From an uncultured Candidatus Poseidoniales archaeon (GTDB lineage Archaea > Thermoplasmatota > Poseidoniia > Poseidoniales > Poseidoniaceae), in assembly GCA_964015875.1 (NCBI GenBank), contig CAXHEV010000002.1:11310-75309 (forward strand): DNA of 64,000 nt, read 5' to 3'. The notes under the pieces were generated by a model. The model was given only the letters and a program-made list of their open reading frames with translations, was not told where the DNA came from and made no database searches. Position 1 is the stretch's first letter, and each line of letters starts with the position of its first letter. Shown one piece after another: positions 8,630 to 18,339 of the stretch. Made by a program: the position numbers and the translations under genes.

Positions 8630-10387
8630 ATGTCAGGCTACGGAATCACGGATGTCCCGACCATCAAATTGGAAGAGGATGAACAAAATTTACTCTCGTC
8701 TCTTGGTGCTGATGCCACACAATCAGCTCTTATGGCTGAGGCGATTATTCTCACTGATGAATGGGATGGCGTTCTTGGACCTGGTTCTAAAATTGCTGCC
8801 CATCGTGGTGCAGGAGCGTACCACCGCGCCTTCAGCGTCCTTTTATTCGATAGCAACAAGCGTCTTCTCCTTCAACGCAGGGCTTCAGACAAAGTGACGT
8901 TCCCCGATGTTTGGGCCAATTCCTGCTGCTCTCATCCACTTCACAGCGATGAAGAGATGGATGAAACCGATTATATTGGTTCAAAACGGGCCGCAGTTCG
9001 CAAGTTGGAGCAGGAACTTGGTATTCCACCCGAGCAAGTCCCTCTCGATTCATTCCACTTCATCACCAAAATGCGATATTCAGCGAGAATGAATGAGATC
9101 TGGATTGAACGTGAAGTAGATCATATTCTCGTCATCCAGGCCGATGTTGACTTGAATCCGAATCCTAACGAAATTTCGGAAGTCAAGTGGGTCACTCGAG
9201 ATGAACTTGAGGAGATGCTGGTCGACGATGATGAGAATGCTGGTATTATCGCCCCATGGTTCCGATGCATCGCAGCACTGGTCATGAATGAAAAATGGTG
9301 GCAGGCTGTCGGCGATTCCGAAGCACTAGAGGACCTCGTGGACGGTCAGATTCACGACATGGGTGATGTCAGCCATATGCTCCCTGATGCACAGGGTGCA
9401 GATTTGGTGACTTCTCTTGCAGAGATCAAGCCTTTGGTTGAAGCACGAATTGAGCGTGCTCTCACCCATACATCTCACCCTCGTCTTTCTGGTGCCATGA
9501 TGCACCTCGTTAAAGGCGGTGGCAAGCGATTACGGGCATGCATGCCATGGATGGTAGCCAAAGCTGTTGGTGATACACATGCAGGCCTTCTCGATGTTGG
9601 TGCTGCGATTGAAACGATTCACAATTTTACGTTAGTTCACGATGACATCATGGATGACGATGATATTCGTCGTGGTCGTAATGCTGTTCACATCGAATAT
9701 GATTTGCCGACAGCCATCAATGCAGGTGATGCTATGCTTGCTATTGCATTTGAAGCGATGGCTGTTGCCGAAGGTATTGAACACGCTATGCTCCCCTTCT
9801 TGGTAAAGCGCATTGGTCGAATGGTGCGCCGTGTATCAGAAGGTCAACAACTCGACATTGATTTTGAGACTACGGAACGTGTGACTGAGGAACAGTACAT
9901 CGAGATGATCACTGGTAAAACCGCTGTGATGTTCCTTACCTGCGCTGAAATTGGCGCTTACCTCTCAGGTGCAGATGAGGAGACCGTGCAGTGCATGCAC
10001 GACTGGGGCCTTGCCGTAGGATTGTGCTTCCAACTCATGGATGATTTGATCGATGCTCTTTCAGATTCGGAAACCCTTGGCAAGCCTTGTGGTTCTGATG
10101 TGGCCCAAGGCAAGCGTACCCTCATGGTTATTCACGCCCTAAGACAACCTGAAAGTGATGCAAAAGCAACCTTGTTGAGTGTACTCGGCAAAGGAGATGC
10201 TGCATCACAAGATGAAATTGATGCTGGTCTCAAAGCACTTGCAGACCTAGGCTCAATTCAATACGCACGTGAACGAGCTGAAGCCTACCACTCGAAGGCA
10301 CATGAATGCCTTGACCAATTACCAGAGGGACCTGCTCTACGAGCCCTTCGGGAGTTAACGGACTTCCAGTTGGCCCGAATCAGTTGA
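8630..10387 (+). CDS. Fusion protein: type-1 isopentenyl-diphosphate isomerase (Nudix IDI) plus geranylgeranyl diphosphate synthase (short-chain trans-prenyltransferase)
   Basis: The N-terminal half has HRAFSVLLFDSNKRLLLQRRASDKVTFPDVWANSCCSHPLH (the catalytic Cys in the CCSHP context) and EREVDHILV (the catalytic Glu). The C-terminal half has the FARM motif LVHDDIMDDDDIRRGR and the SARM motif FQLMDDLID. It is a single uninterrupted 585-codon frame. ATG at 8630, preceded by GAAGGGG. Confidence 0.85.
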   Translation: MSGYGITDVPTIKLEEDEQNLLSSLGADATQSALMAEAIILTDEWDGVLGPGSKIAAHRGAGAYHRAFSVLLFDSNKRLLLQRRASDKVTFPDVWANSCCSHPLHSDEEMDETDYIGSKRAAVRKLEQELGIPPEQVPLDSFHFITKMRYSARMNEIWIEREVDHILVIQADVDLNPNPNEISEVKWVTRDELEEMLVDDDENAGIIAPWFRCIAALVMNEKWWQAVGDSEALEDLVDGQIHDMGDVSHMLPDAQGADLVTSLAEIKPLVEARIERALTHTSHPRLSGAMMHLVKGGGKRLRACMPWMVAKAVGDTHAGLLDVGAAIETIHNFTLVHDDIMDDDDIRRGRNAVHIEYDLPTAINAGDAMLAIAFEAMAVAEGIEHAMLPFLVKRIGRMVRRVSEGQQLDIDFETTERVTEEQYIEMITGKTAVMFLTCAEIGAYLSGADEETVQCMHDWGLAVGLCFQLMDDLIDALSDSETLGKPCGSDVAQGKRTLMVIHALRQPESDAKATLLSVLGKGDAASQDEIDAGLKALADLGSIQYARERAEAYHSKAHECLDQLPEGPALRALRELTDFQLARIS

Positions 10388-10388
10388 T

Positions 10389-10850
10389 TCACTCAATACG
10401 GATTGATTCTCCTTGATGGAGGACGCCTTCGCGAATAACTTCAGCATACCACCGAGTCTTTTGCGGTATCATTTTGTGCGATAAGGCTTTGAATTCCCCA
10501 TCCAGAAATGACGCTTTGATCGTTTTGCAAGGTGGAGCATCACTCGTGATTCGAAGGGTGACTTCCCCAGTTTGAATGAATGAGCCAACCTTGAGTTCAT
10601 TCCAAGCAATGCCCCTAATGAGTAGATTTTCCCCTGTTGTGCCCCCAGATATAGGGTGGCCTTGATCCTGGAGTTGTTGCATGACGTCCAATGACATGAG
10701 ACAAACAGCTCGAGATGGACCTCCATGATGTTTGAGATCATTTTGTCGATCGCCCTCGCAGCCATTGATGGTCACACGCAAGGTTTCCACACGATGCTTT
10801 GGTACGCCTCCAATTGGTGAAGCGAAGAGGCCCTCAATCGAGCCGCCCAT
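10389..10850 (-). CDS. MOSC-domain protein (YiiM-like)
   Basis: ATG at 10850 (track GTG at 10859). It begins 6 nt after the EF-2 stop. It has the MOSC-like beta-barrel signature (GENLLIRGIAWNELKVGS...GEVTLRIT...PCKTIKA). Confidence 0.65.
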   Translation of the reverse strand: MGGSIEGLFASPIGGVPKHRVETLRVTINGCEGDRQNDLKHHGGPSRAVCLMSLDVMQQLQDQGHPISGGTTGENLLIRGIAWNELKVGSFIQTGEVTLRITSDAPPCKTIKASFLDGEFKALSHKMIPQKTRWYAEVIREGVLHQGESIRIE

Positions 10851-10855
10851 TTTTC

Positions 10856-13063
10856 TCACTCGGAATAGTAAGATTCTGGGTAAGGTTCTGGCTTGAGTCC
10901 CTTACGTGTTCGGATTTCTCCAACGACCTTGTCGAACAATTGTGGAGGAAGTTGTTGGAAACCGAGGTTTTCGGTGTTCCAAACTGCTCGTCCTTGGGAT
11001 GCTGCACGAATGTCGTTTGAGAACCCGAAGGTTTCAGCGATTGGCAGAACGCCAACAACAGTTGTGACTTCGCCTTCAGATGGCATATCTTCGATGATTC
11101 CACGGCGGTTGGTTACTTCACGAGTGACTTGTCCTAGCCAGTCATTTGGAACGGAAACGAACGCCTTTTGCATTGGTTCGAGAAGAACGGTGCGAGCCCG
11201 GAGCATAGCGCCCTTGATCCCGTTTCGAACAGCAGGAATTGTTTGCGCAGGTCCACGGTGGATTGCGTCCTCGTGCAACTTTGCATCGACGAGTCGAACA
11301 AACATTCCCTGAACTGGTTCATCAGCAATCGGTCCCTTAACACATACAGCGTTGAACGCTTCGATAATCAATTCACGAGTTTCGTGGAGTCCTTGGATAC
11401 CCTTGGTGTCGTTGACAAGGACGTTGGTTCCGTTGATAGCGTAAATTTTGCGCATCAAATCTTTGTCCATGCCGAGTTCACCGAACATGTTACCTTTTTC
11501 CTTGGCATCACTGGAACGAACTGGGCCATCGCCGAGGTCGCCGTTGCGGAGTGCTTCGACAACTTCGTCAGACAGTGCTTCGATTTCGAAGAAGAATCTG
11601 TTGTGCCGGTTTGGGGACTTGCCCTCAAATGCGTGGCCACGATTGCTGCCTTCGATACCTTCACGGTAAACCACAATCGGTGGGCTAACCTTGACCTTGA
11701 TGTTTTGTTCTTCTTCGATTCGGTACACAGTGATTTCCAAGTGGAGTTCACCCATTCCTGCTAGAAGAGCCTCTCCAGTCTCTGCATTGGTTGTGACTTG
11801 CAACGAAGCATCAGCCTTGGCGAGGGAGCGTAGTGCATCAATGAACTTTGGAAGGTCTTTCATGCTCTTTGGTTCAACCGCCACTGTGACCACAGGGTCA
11901 GAGTAGTGTCGAATGGCTTCGAAAGGTACGAAGTCTTTGTCGTGCGAAAGAGTCACACCGGCTGCGGCCGAACGAATACCAGTAAGCGCTGCGATGTTTC
12001 CTGCAACTACCTTTGGAACGGTAATACGGTCGCCACCAACCATCATGCTAACTTGCTGAACACGTTCGGGCTTTGCAGCTCCGATAGCGAAAACAGATTC
12101 ACCCTGAGCGATTGCACCAGAATAGATTCGACCAACAGCGACTTCACCTGCGTGGGGGTCCATCCAAATTTTTGTGATCATCATTGCCAGTTCTGCTTCA
12201 GGATCGCAAGACATCATCGATTTTCCGATTTCGGATTCAAGGTCTCCAGTCCAAATGTTAGGAACACGGTATGGTTGTGCTTCAACAGGACCTGGCAGCT
12301 TGGTGACGGCCATGTCGAGAAGAACTTCGTGAACAGGCGCCTTAGCAGCAAGGGTCTTTTGGTCTTCATTGTTGCAGTATTCGAAAATTTCCTTGAAGGA
12401 GATGTTCGACTTCGCCATGTAAGGGACGGTGATTCCCCAGTTGTGGTAAGCCGAACCAAAGGCCACAGTACCGTCTGCGACGGAAACTTGCCAGCTCTTC
12501 TTGAATTCTTCAGGAGCGAATTGCTTAATCAATCGGTTGACCTTCTTGATGGTCTCGGTAAACCGAGCCATCATGTCTTCTGGTGTCACTTGCAATTCGT
12601 TGATCAATCGGTCGACCTTGTTGATGAACAGAACCGGCTTGACCTTCTCTTTGAGGGCTTGTCGAACCACAGTTTCTGTTTGTGGCATTGGTCCTTCAAC
12701 AGCACAGGCGAGGATGAAACATCCGTCAACAGCACGCATAGCACGAGTGACGTCACCGCCGAAGTCAACGTGACCTGGTGTGTCGATGAGGTTGATGAGG
12801 AAATCAGTGCCTTCAACGGCGTGGACCATCGAAGCCGATGCTGCGTTGATGGTGATTCCACGAGCTGATTCTTGCTCGTCGAAATCAAGAACACGTGCGG
12901 CACCTGCAAGGTCGCTGGACATCATTCCTGCACCTGCAATCAGGTTGTCGGATAGGGTTGTCTTTCCGTGGTCAATGTGTGCTGCGATGCACAGATTTCG
13001 GATCTGTGGCAAAATGTGCATGACCTCTGTGGCCTTCTTGATGTTGTCTTCCTTTCGTCCCAT
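10856..13063 (-). CDS. Translation elongation factor 2 (aEF-2)
   Basis: The GTP-binding region reads IRNLCIAAHIDHGKTTLSDNLIAGAG. The diphthamide-site motif HEDAIHRG is present. Length is 735 aa. ATG at 13063. Confidence 0.95.
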   Translation of the reverse strand: MGRKEDNIKKATEVMHILPQIRNLCIAAHIDHGKTTLSDNLIAGAGMMSSDLAGAARVLDFDEQESARGITINAASASMVHAVEGTDFLINLIDTPGHVDFGGDVTRAMRAVDGCFILACAVEGPMPQTETVVRQALKEKVKPVLFINKVDRLINELQVTPEDMMARFTETIKKVNRLIKQFAPEEFKKSWQVSVADGTVAFGSAYHNWGITVPYMAKSNISFKEIFEYCNNEDQKTLAAKAPVHEVLLDMAVTKLPGPVEAQPYRVPNIWTGDLESEIGKSMMSCDPEAELAMMITKIWMDPHAGEVAVGRIYSGAIAQGESVFAIGAAKPERVQQVSMMVGGDRITVPKVVAGNIAALTGIRSAAAGVTLSHDKDFVPFEAIRHYSDPVVTVAVEPKSMKDLPKFIDALRSLAKADASLQVTTNAETGEALLAGMGELHLEITVYRIEEEQNIKVKVSPPIVVYREGIEGSNRGHAFEGKSPNRHNRFFFEIEALSDEVVEALRNGDLGDGPVRSSDAKEKGNMFGELGMDKDLMRKIYAINGTNVLVNDTKGIQGLHETRELIIEAFNAVCVKGPIADEPVQGMFVRLVDAKLHEDAIHRGPAQTIPAVRNGIKGAMLRARTVLLEPMQKAFVSVPNDWLGQVTREVTNRRGIIEDMPSEGEVTTVVGVLPIAETFGFSNDIRAASQGRAVWNTENLGFQQLPPQLFDKVVGEIRTRKGLKPEPYPESYYSE

Positions 13064-13185
13064 GAAATCACCTGTGACTTCTCGTCGTTCTTGGCCACCT
13101 GAAAGGGGTTCTTAAGGACCTCGCAACGAAGCCGAAGAAAGCGATGCTGTAAGCCAACAAAGTTTGCACTGTGTCGTGATGAGAA

Positions 13186-13200
13186 CGGGATGGAATCCCG
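13186..13200 (-). other. Small perfect hairpin (CGGGAT-gga-ATCCCG) in the S7 to EF-2 spacer
   Basis: A 6-bp stem with a 3-nt loop lies 24 nt after the S7 stop inside a 160-nt spacer. It could be a partial terminator or processing signal separating r-protein and EF-2 expression. Confidence 0.2.
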
Positions 13201-13223
13201 GTGTTGTATGATTGCTGACTTGA

Positions 13224-13853
13224 TCAGCGAGCAGATGCAGCAATCCGCTCCAACTCTTCCTTCTTGCCAACGGCAAAGGAGGTCACGTCGCCTGCAGCAG
13301 CCTTGGTCAGTTCATTGGTGATGCAACTGGTCAAGGTTCGCTTTGACTTGTGTGTGCCTTGTTGTGCGCCCTTAGCAAGGTTGCGGAGAGCGACGTCAAG
13401 ACGACGGGAGGGGGAGGAGTCAACAGCCTTTGGTTGGGAAACTGCACCGAACTTAATTCGGGTGATTTCTTCCATTGGAGCTGCGTTGCACAAAGCGTCA
13501 ACGAAGGTCTGCAACGGATTTTGGCCAGACTTTTCTGCGATGGTGTCGAGCGAAGTTTCGAAGGCTTTCATTGCGCCTTGCTTCTTCCCAGTGTATGGTC
13601 CTGTTCGCATCAATTTGTTGATGTATCGCTCGACAACCGACAACTTTGCCTTCCCGAACCATGCGTTAGCGTGGCGTCCACCGGTGTGCGGGACACCGAC
13701 GGTTGTGAGGTTGATGTAGGGTGCAAGTCCAGGATCCTTACAGGTGATGCCTGAAGCGTCCCACTTGCCAAAGACAAGGGTTCCAATTCCTGCAATTGGT
13801 CGAACTTCTTCGACTTCTTCCACAATTTCTTCGACGACTTCTGTTTCGGACAT
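13224..13853 (-). CDS. rps7: 30S ribosomal protein S7 (uS7) with a short acidic N-terminal extension
   Basis: ATG at 13853 (MSETEVVEEIVEEVEEV...). The track ORF extends into S12 in another frame and is rejected. The C-terminal part matches S7 (GKKQGAMKAFETSLDTIAEKSGQNPLQTFVDALCNAAPMEEI...RRLDVALRNL). Confidence 0.9.
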   Translation of the reverse strand: MSETEVVEEIVEEVEEVRPIAGIGTLVFGKWDASGITCKDPGLAPYINLTTVGVPHTGGRHANAWFGKAKLSVVERYINKLMRTGPYTGKKQGAMKAFETSLDTIAEKSGQNPLQTFVDALCNAAPMEEITRIKFGAVSQPKAVDSSPSRRLDVALRNLAKGAQQGTHKSKRTLTSCITNELTKAAAGDVTSFAVGKKEELERIAASAR

Positions 13854-13863
13854 GATAAACACC

Positions 13864-14292
13864 TCAGCGGACAGGCTTCTCCTTTCGACCACGGACCATT
13901 TCATCGAGTGAAACACCATTGACTTGGATGACCTTGTAGCGGACACCAGGAATGTCACCGTATGAACGACCCATGCGTCCACCGATACCTTCGACCATGA
14001 CTTCATCGTGTTCGTCAATGAAGTTGATTGCACCATCGCCCGGGGCGAAGGCAGTGAGCTTGTTTCCGTTCTTGATGAGCGAAATCTTGACCGCCTTGCG
14101 GATTCCGGAGTTTGGTTGCTTTGCTTCAATACCGACCTTTTCGATCACGATACCCTTGGCTTGTGTGGAACCAGCAAGCGGGTCGTGCTTGGCTCGGGAT
14201 TTTAGCATACGCTTCTTGTATCGACGGTCAGACCATCGAAACTTTTGGCGGTCTTTTGCCATTTTAGCACCAGCGAAGAGTCCTCTACCCAT
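13864..14292 (-). CDS. rps12: 30S ribosomal protein S12 (uS12)
   Basis: ATG at 14292: [39 protein letters not shown]...[17 protein letters not shown]. The track ORF start 14559 is a non-homologous upstream extension. Confidence 0.9.
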   Translation of the reverse strand: MGRGLFAGAKMAKDRQKFRWSDRRYKKRMLKSRAKHDPLAGSTQAKGIVIEKVGIEAKQPNSGIRKAVKISLIKNGNKLTAFAPGDGAINFIDEHDEVMVEGIGGRMGRSYGDIPGVRYKVIQVNGVSLDEMVRGRKEKPVR

Positions 14293-14332
14293 GATAATCA
14301 CTGCATTGAAGCATTTTGCCGACTTGAAGCCC

Positions 14333-14340
14333 CTATTTAA
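14333..14340 (-). promoter_or_regulatory. Putative TATA box (TTAAATAG on the minus strand) about 40 nt upstream of the S12 start
   Basis: An AT-rich octamer in the 204-bp region between the divergent S12 and UbiD genes. It was identified by eye only. Confidence 0.2.
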
Positions 14341-14496
14341 CAACAACCATCGAAGCGTGTGAGTCCCATTCAACCCGGAATGTACGGCATGGATTGAAAT
14401 GCATTGAATTTGGGGCGAATTCAAAGGGTGAAAACTGTGTCGGCGGTAAGAGTTTTCTGAACGAAGGTTCAAGCGGCGGGTGCCGGTGGCGCCACC

Positions 14497-15768
14497 ATGG
14501 CATTTCGCGACCACCTGAAAGCGGCTCGAACCGAAAGCGCACCAGTCAGCATCATCCATGGTCTATGGGAGCACTCTCGTGCGTCACACCATGCGTTGAC
14601 TGTTTTTGATAATCTCGTAGAAACACCTGGTCATCGAGCAGCTGTCAATATTCTGACAAGAGATCGTCTATGTGAGGCGATTGGAATTTCACCAGAGGAG
14701 TACATCGATACCCTCGGATGGGCCATGTCCAATCCTAGCGAGCCGGTCATCGTCGATGCGTCCGAAGCAGAATGCTTTGACAATATACAAGAACAGGTTA
14801 ACATCATGAAACTCCCCATTCCACATCACTGGCCACAAGACCGAGGGCGATACTCTTCGGCAAGCGTTATCATTGCCGAAGACAACGGGATACGCAACAT
14901 GTCGTTTCATCGACAATTTGTTCGCGATGAGAATCATCTCGTCGTCCGGCTTGTACCTCGACACCTACGAACCATGACCATGGAAGCAAGAGGGACTGGT
15001 GGTGAAGTCAACATCGCAGTTGTCAACGCTCCAGATCCAGTCGTCCTTCTTGCGGCGGCAATGTCGTTTGATGATAACATCGATGAATTGACGATTGCTG
15101 CTGCTCTGCATGAGAAGCTCTACGGAAAACCACTTCGACTTACACGAATGCCAAACGGCGTGTTGGCGCCCGCAGATGCAGAATATGTTCTGTGGGGGAG
15201 AATTACAGGCGAAAACGACGATGAGGGGCCTTATGTGGACATCACGGGGACCGTCGACGACGTTCGCCAAGAACCAGTCATAGAAATCGAAGGAGTCGTC
15301 CACAGAGATCACCCAATTTTCCATGCGCTGATTCCCGGTGAGGCCGAACACAAGACACTCATGGGCTTACCTCGCGCACCGACCATCAAATCCGCTGTGA
15401 GTGAAGTTTGTGAATGCCTTGATGTCCACATGACCGAAGGCGGTTGTGGGTGGCTGGCTGCTGTGGTGAAAATTCGTCGAACCAAAGAAGAAGATCCGAA
15501 AAACGCCATTATGGCAGCGCTTGCGGGACACCGCAGCATGAAAATGGTCACCATTGTTGATGAGGACATCGATATTACCGACCCCGTGCGTGTCGAATGG
15601 GCAAAGGTCACAAGGTGGCAACCAGACATTGACACCATCATTCTCTCACACCAGAAAGGGAGTTCACTCGATCCGTCACGAGACAGCGATGGATTAACGG
15701 CTAAGGTAGGATTTGATGCAACCCTGCCTTGGGGTGTTGACCATGAAGGTTTCAAATCGGTCCAATGA
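14497..15768 (+). CDS. UbiD-family (prFMN-dependent) decarboxylase
   Basis: At 423 aa it has the typical UbiD length and fold-wide similarity ([48 protein letters not shown]). ATG at 14497. Confidence 0.85.
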   Translation: MAFRDHLKAARTESAPVSIIHGLWEHSRASHHALTVFDNLVETPGHRAAVNILTRDRLCEAIGISPEEYIDTLGWAMSNPSEPVIVDASEAECFDNIQEQVNIMKLPIPHHWPQDRGRYSSASVIIAEDNGIRNMSFHRQFVRDENHLVVRLVPRHLRTMTMEARGTGGEVNIAVVNAPDPVVLLAAAMSFDDNIDELTIAAALHEKLYGKPLRLTRMPNGVLAPADAEYVLWGRITGENDDEGPYVDITGTVDDVRQEPVIEIEGVVHRDHPIFHALIPGEAEHKTLMGLPRAPTIKSAVSEVCECLDVHMTEGGCGWLAAVVKIRRTKEEDPKNAIMAALAGHRSMKMVTIVDEDIDITDPVRVEWAKVTRWQPDIDTIILSHQKGSSLDPSRDSDGLTAKVGFDATLPWGVDHEGFKSVQ

Positions 15769-15815
15769 AGCGAACCATCCGTAGGTTTGTTAGGTGAACC
15801 TCTCCAGTTCAGGCC

Positions 15816-16826
15816 ATGTCGGGGGACAATGCATCGTTGCTGCAGCACCCTCGAAGGAACCTTGGCAACCGCTATCGTTCTCAAGCACAGAAGTTTGCTC
15901 GTTTGGCTGCAAAGGACGAACTTCGATTTAATGAAAACATGGCATGGGCAGAACAAAACGCCCGCCAGGCGTTGTTGCATGATTTCACAGATGAGCAGAA
16001 TTGGCGATGCTTAGCAGATCTCAAACTGATCCTTGGCGACAGTGATGGGCTGGCAGCATTGCTTGAAGATCTGTTTGTGGTGCTTGGCAGAGATGCCGAG
16101 CAGATTGACCAACTGAAAGAAGTTGACTTTCTTTTGGTGGGTGTCGAGTTATTGGAAGCCGCTTTCCTCAAAGATCCCCTTGAGCCTGATGCATGGTGGA
16201 CATTAATCGATTCCACAGAGAATACAGAAGTGGCCATGGTGGACTTTTCTAACCGTTGCAAACGTCTTGATTTCAGCGATCAGAGGGCTAACATTGTCTA
16301 TGGACGTCGTCTTGAGCGAATTCGTTCGAGTGGTCGAGAAGAGGTGTTCATCGAACTGTCGAGGCATTTGCTTGCGCACCGACCAAACAATCACGAATTG
16401 TGGATGGAATTGGGTCGCTTGTATGAGCGTAGAAAGGAAGTTGACGAAGCATGGCTTTGTTACGATCATGTTCAACAATTACGCCCGCACATGACGCCCC
16501 GGGATGAATTCCTTGAACGGCTTAAGCAAGGAATGGATGGCGAATCGACTGGACCATGGACTCGGCCAACTGTGGAAAAGCGCTCTGAGTTCTTGAACCA
16601 AATGCAATCGCTCTCTCAACGAATTTCTACAACCTCGCCCGTTGTTGAAGATGCCATTGAAGAGGAATCTTTGGAACAAAAAGATCCGAACTTGGAGCGC
16701 CTTGAGTTGCTTATGGAAGCGGGTGATGCTTCCGAGGCATTTTTCTTCGCCCGCCGTCTTGTGGCTCAAGGTGAGGCTTGGGCAGAGGCTTGGGTCGACA
16801 AAGCCAAAGCAGCATTTGAGGCTTAA
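15816..16826 (+). CDS. Hypothetical helical-repeat (TPR-like) protein
   Basis: ATG at 15816. The 336-aa product is helical and W/L-rich, with repeats such as [24 protein letters not shown]. Confidence 0.5.
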   Translation: MSGDNASLLQHPRRNLGNRYRSQAQKFARLAAKDELRFNENMAWAEQNARQALLHDFTDEQNWRCLADLKLILGDSDGLAALLEDLFVVLGRDAEQIDQLKEVDFLLVGVELLEAAFLKDPLEPDAWWTLIDSTENTEVAMVDFSNRCKRLDFSDQRANIVYGRRLERIRSSGREEVFIELSRHLLAHRPNNHELWMELGRLYERRKEVDEAWLCYDHVQQLRPHMTPRDEFLERLKQGMDGESTGPWTRPTVEKRSEFLNQMQSLSQRISTTSPVVEDAIEEESLEQKDPNLERLELLMEAGDASEAFFFARRLVAQGEAWAEAWVDKAKAAFEA

Positions 16827-16828
16827 CC

Positions 16829-17242
16829 ATGGGGACTAGCGAGCCTGTTTTTGTGTTAGCTTGGGTCACTGCTCGGAATGGTCCATCATTGCCGATATTT
16901 GAAGGGGGTTCGGTTCTTTTCGTAGAACATCCAACACGTGGTTGGGAAATTCCTGGTGGCCATCTGGAAGAGGGAGAGACTCCTGAAGAGGCCATGATTC
17001 GTGAACTTAAGGAAGAGACTGGGCTGGTTGGAGAAATTCAACGATGGAACAAGACGTATTATCCTAAGGGCTGGGTTGCACACATGGTCGTTGAATCGAC
17101 TCCAACCAAGGCATGGAGCGTTTCGGATTCAAACGTTGTTCAAGTTCGTTGGTGGGACGAAGTTCCACCGCTGATCGAATGGACGAAACAAGAATTCATC
17201 GATCTTTCAAATTGGCATAACGAAAAAGCTGAGGGGCAGTGA
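16829..17242 (+). CDS. Nudix hydrolase
   Basis: Canonical Nudix box [26 protein letters not shown] at 16829, 2 nt after the previous stop. Confidence 0.8.
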   Translation: MGTSEPVFVLAWVTARNGPSLPIFEGGSVLFVEHPTRGWEIPGGHLEEGETPEEAMIRELKEETGLVGEIQRWNKTYYPKGWVAHMVVESTPTKAWSVSDSNVVQVRWWDEVPPLIEWTKQEFIDLSNWHNEKAEGQ

Positions 17243-17274
17243 ATACCACCCAATTCCTCTCTCCAAATTCGTGC

Positions 17275-18339
17275 TTAGAGCATGGTGAGGGTGGCTAATC
17301 TCAGGCCCCATGCTTCGTTGAGTTGTTCATCATCAAGACAAGCTTGTGCGACTGCGGCAAGCATTGGGTCCTCGACAGAATCTGGATTGTTGAGGAGGTC
17401 CTCAAACTGGTCCATTTTACCCATTCGGTGAGCGAGTGTAAGCAATGCACGGAGATCCGGTCGGTCGGCTCCGGAATTGTTCTCTGGCAGTTGAGCACAA
17501 CACCACTCAAATACGCCGTTGACGTCATCCGGGTGAACTTTGAGCACGGGCTCTTCATCCTCAACACCACGAGGTTTAGACTCTGCTACCTGTATCTGCA
17601 TACGTTCAGCGTCTTCATCGATGCAATGACTTGAGAAATCCAAGAACAACGCACCCGCTTCAACAGCCATGTTTGTTTGATGGGCAAGTATAGCGTGAGT
17701 ATGGGCATTCCAAGCATGCCTTGCGGCATCGAATGTATGCCCTAAGCCTGCACGAATACGACTTGCCCCTAGCCTTGAAATAGCCACAGTTTCGTGTGCA
17801 TGGCTGCCGTTTCTTGGGATTTCAGAATAGGTGGTGAGTGCCATCAATGGTTCTCCAGCAGCCATATGGAAAGCAGCTTTATTGATCAGTGATAGATCGT
17901 GATTTCTGCTCGCTTTAGCGACCGAACTCAATCTAGTTTCAGCCCACGTGAGGTCATCAGCAGCCCCTTCATTGTCACCCATCTCATACCGAGTCAATCC
18001 ACGTTCCATACGTAGTCGACCTTCCAATTCCAAGTCACGGGTTTCCTTTGCTCGTGAAATCTCAAGCGCTTCGTTAATGGCTTGTTCAAGACGCGTATCC
18101 CCCAGCATCCTTCGACGTACCAAATTGAGTGTTGCATCTTGGGCAGGCGAAAGTTCAGGTTGAATCAAGGCGAGAAGTTCAGCTGCGTCGAGAAATAATG
18201 CGGCTTCAGCAAGAGGTAACCACGTTTCCCAATTCATTTCATCTCGCCATTGAGTGAGTGTTTCAAGCTCCACAGGCCCCTCTTCTCGCCATTTGGAAAT
18301 GAAATATCCCGGCGCTTTTGGCATTTCGATATCACTCAT
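17275..18339 (-). CDS. Hypothetical protein (354 aa, helical)
   Basis: ATG at 18339 overlaps the DHH gene stop (18336..18338) by 4 nt. No motif recognised. Confidence 0.5.
   Translation of the reverse strand: MSDIEMPKAPGYFISKWREEGPVELETLTQWRDEMNWETWLPLAEAALFLDAAELLALIQPELSPAQDATLNLVRRRMLGDTRLEQAINEALEISRAKETRDLELEGRLRMERGLTRYEMGDNEGAADDLTWAETRLSSVAKASRNHDLSLINKAAFHMAAGEPLMALTTYSEIPRNGSHAHETVAISRLGASRIRAGLGHTFDAARHAWNAHTHAILAHQTNMAVEAGALFLDFSSHCIDEDAERMQIQVAESKPRGVEDEEPVLKVHPDDVNGVFEWCCAQLPENNSGADRPDLRALLTLAHRMGKMDQFEDLLNNPDSVEDPMLAAVAQACLDDEQLNEAWGLRLATLTML

Noticed and set aside
11168-12868. Long plus-strand ORFs (198 and 320 aa) opposite EF-2
   Set aside because: They are antisense to a highly conserved gene, with low-complexity Ser/Cys/Val-rich translations. 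They are a typical antisense ORF artefact.
13064-13223. Possible small gene or ncRNA in the S7 to EF-2 spacer
   Set aside because: There is no ORF of 30 aa or more with a start codon and no convincing structured-RNA signature beyond one 6-bp hairpin. It is kept only as a low-confidence regulatory note.
13854-14129. Long N-terminal extension of the S7 ORF (track 13224..14129)
   Set aside because: It overlaps the S12 coding region out of frame. The S7 homology begins at MSETEVV (ATG 13853).
14293-14559. Upstream extension of the S12 ORF (track start 14559)
   Set aside because: No similarity to S12. The conserved N-terminus [11 protein letters not shown] starts at the ATG at 14292.
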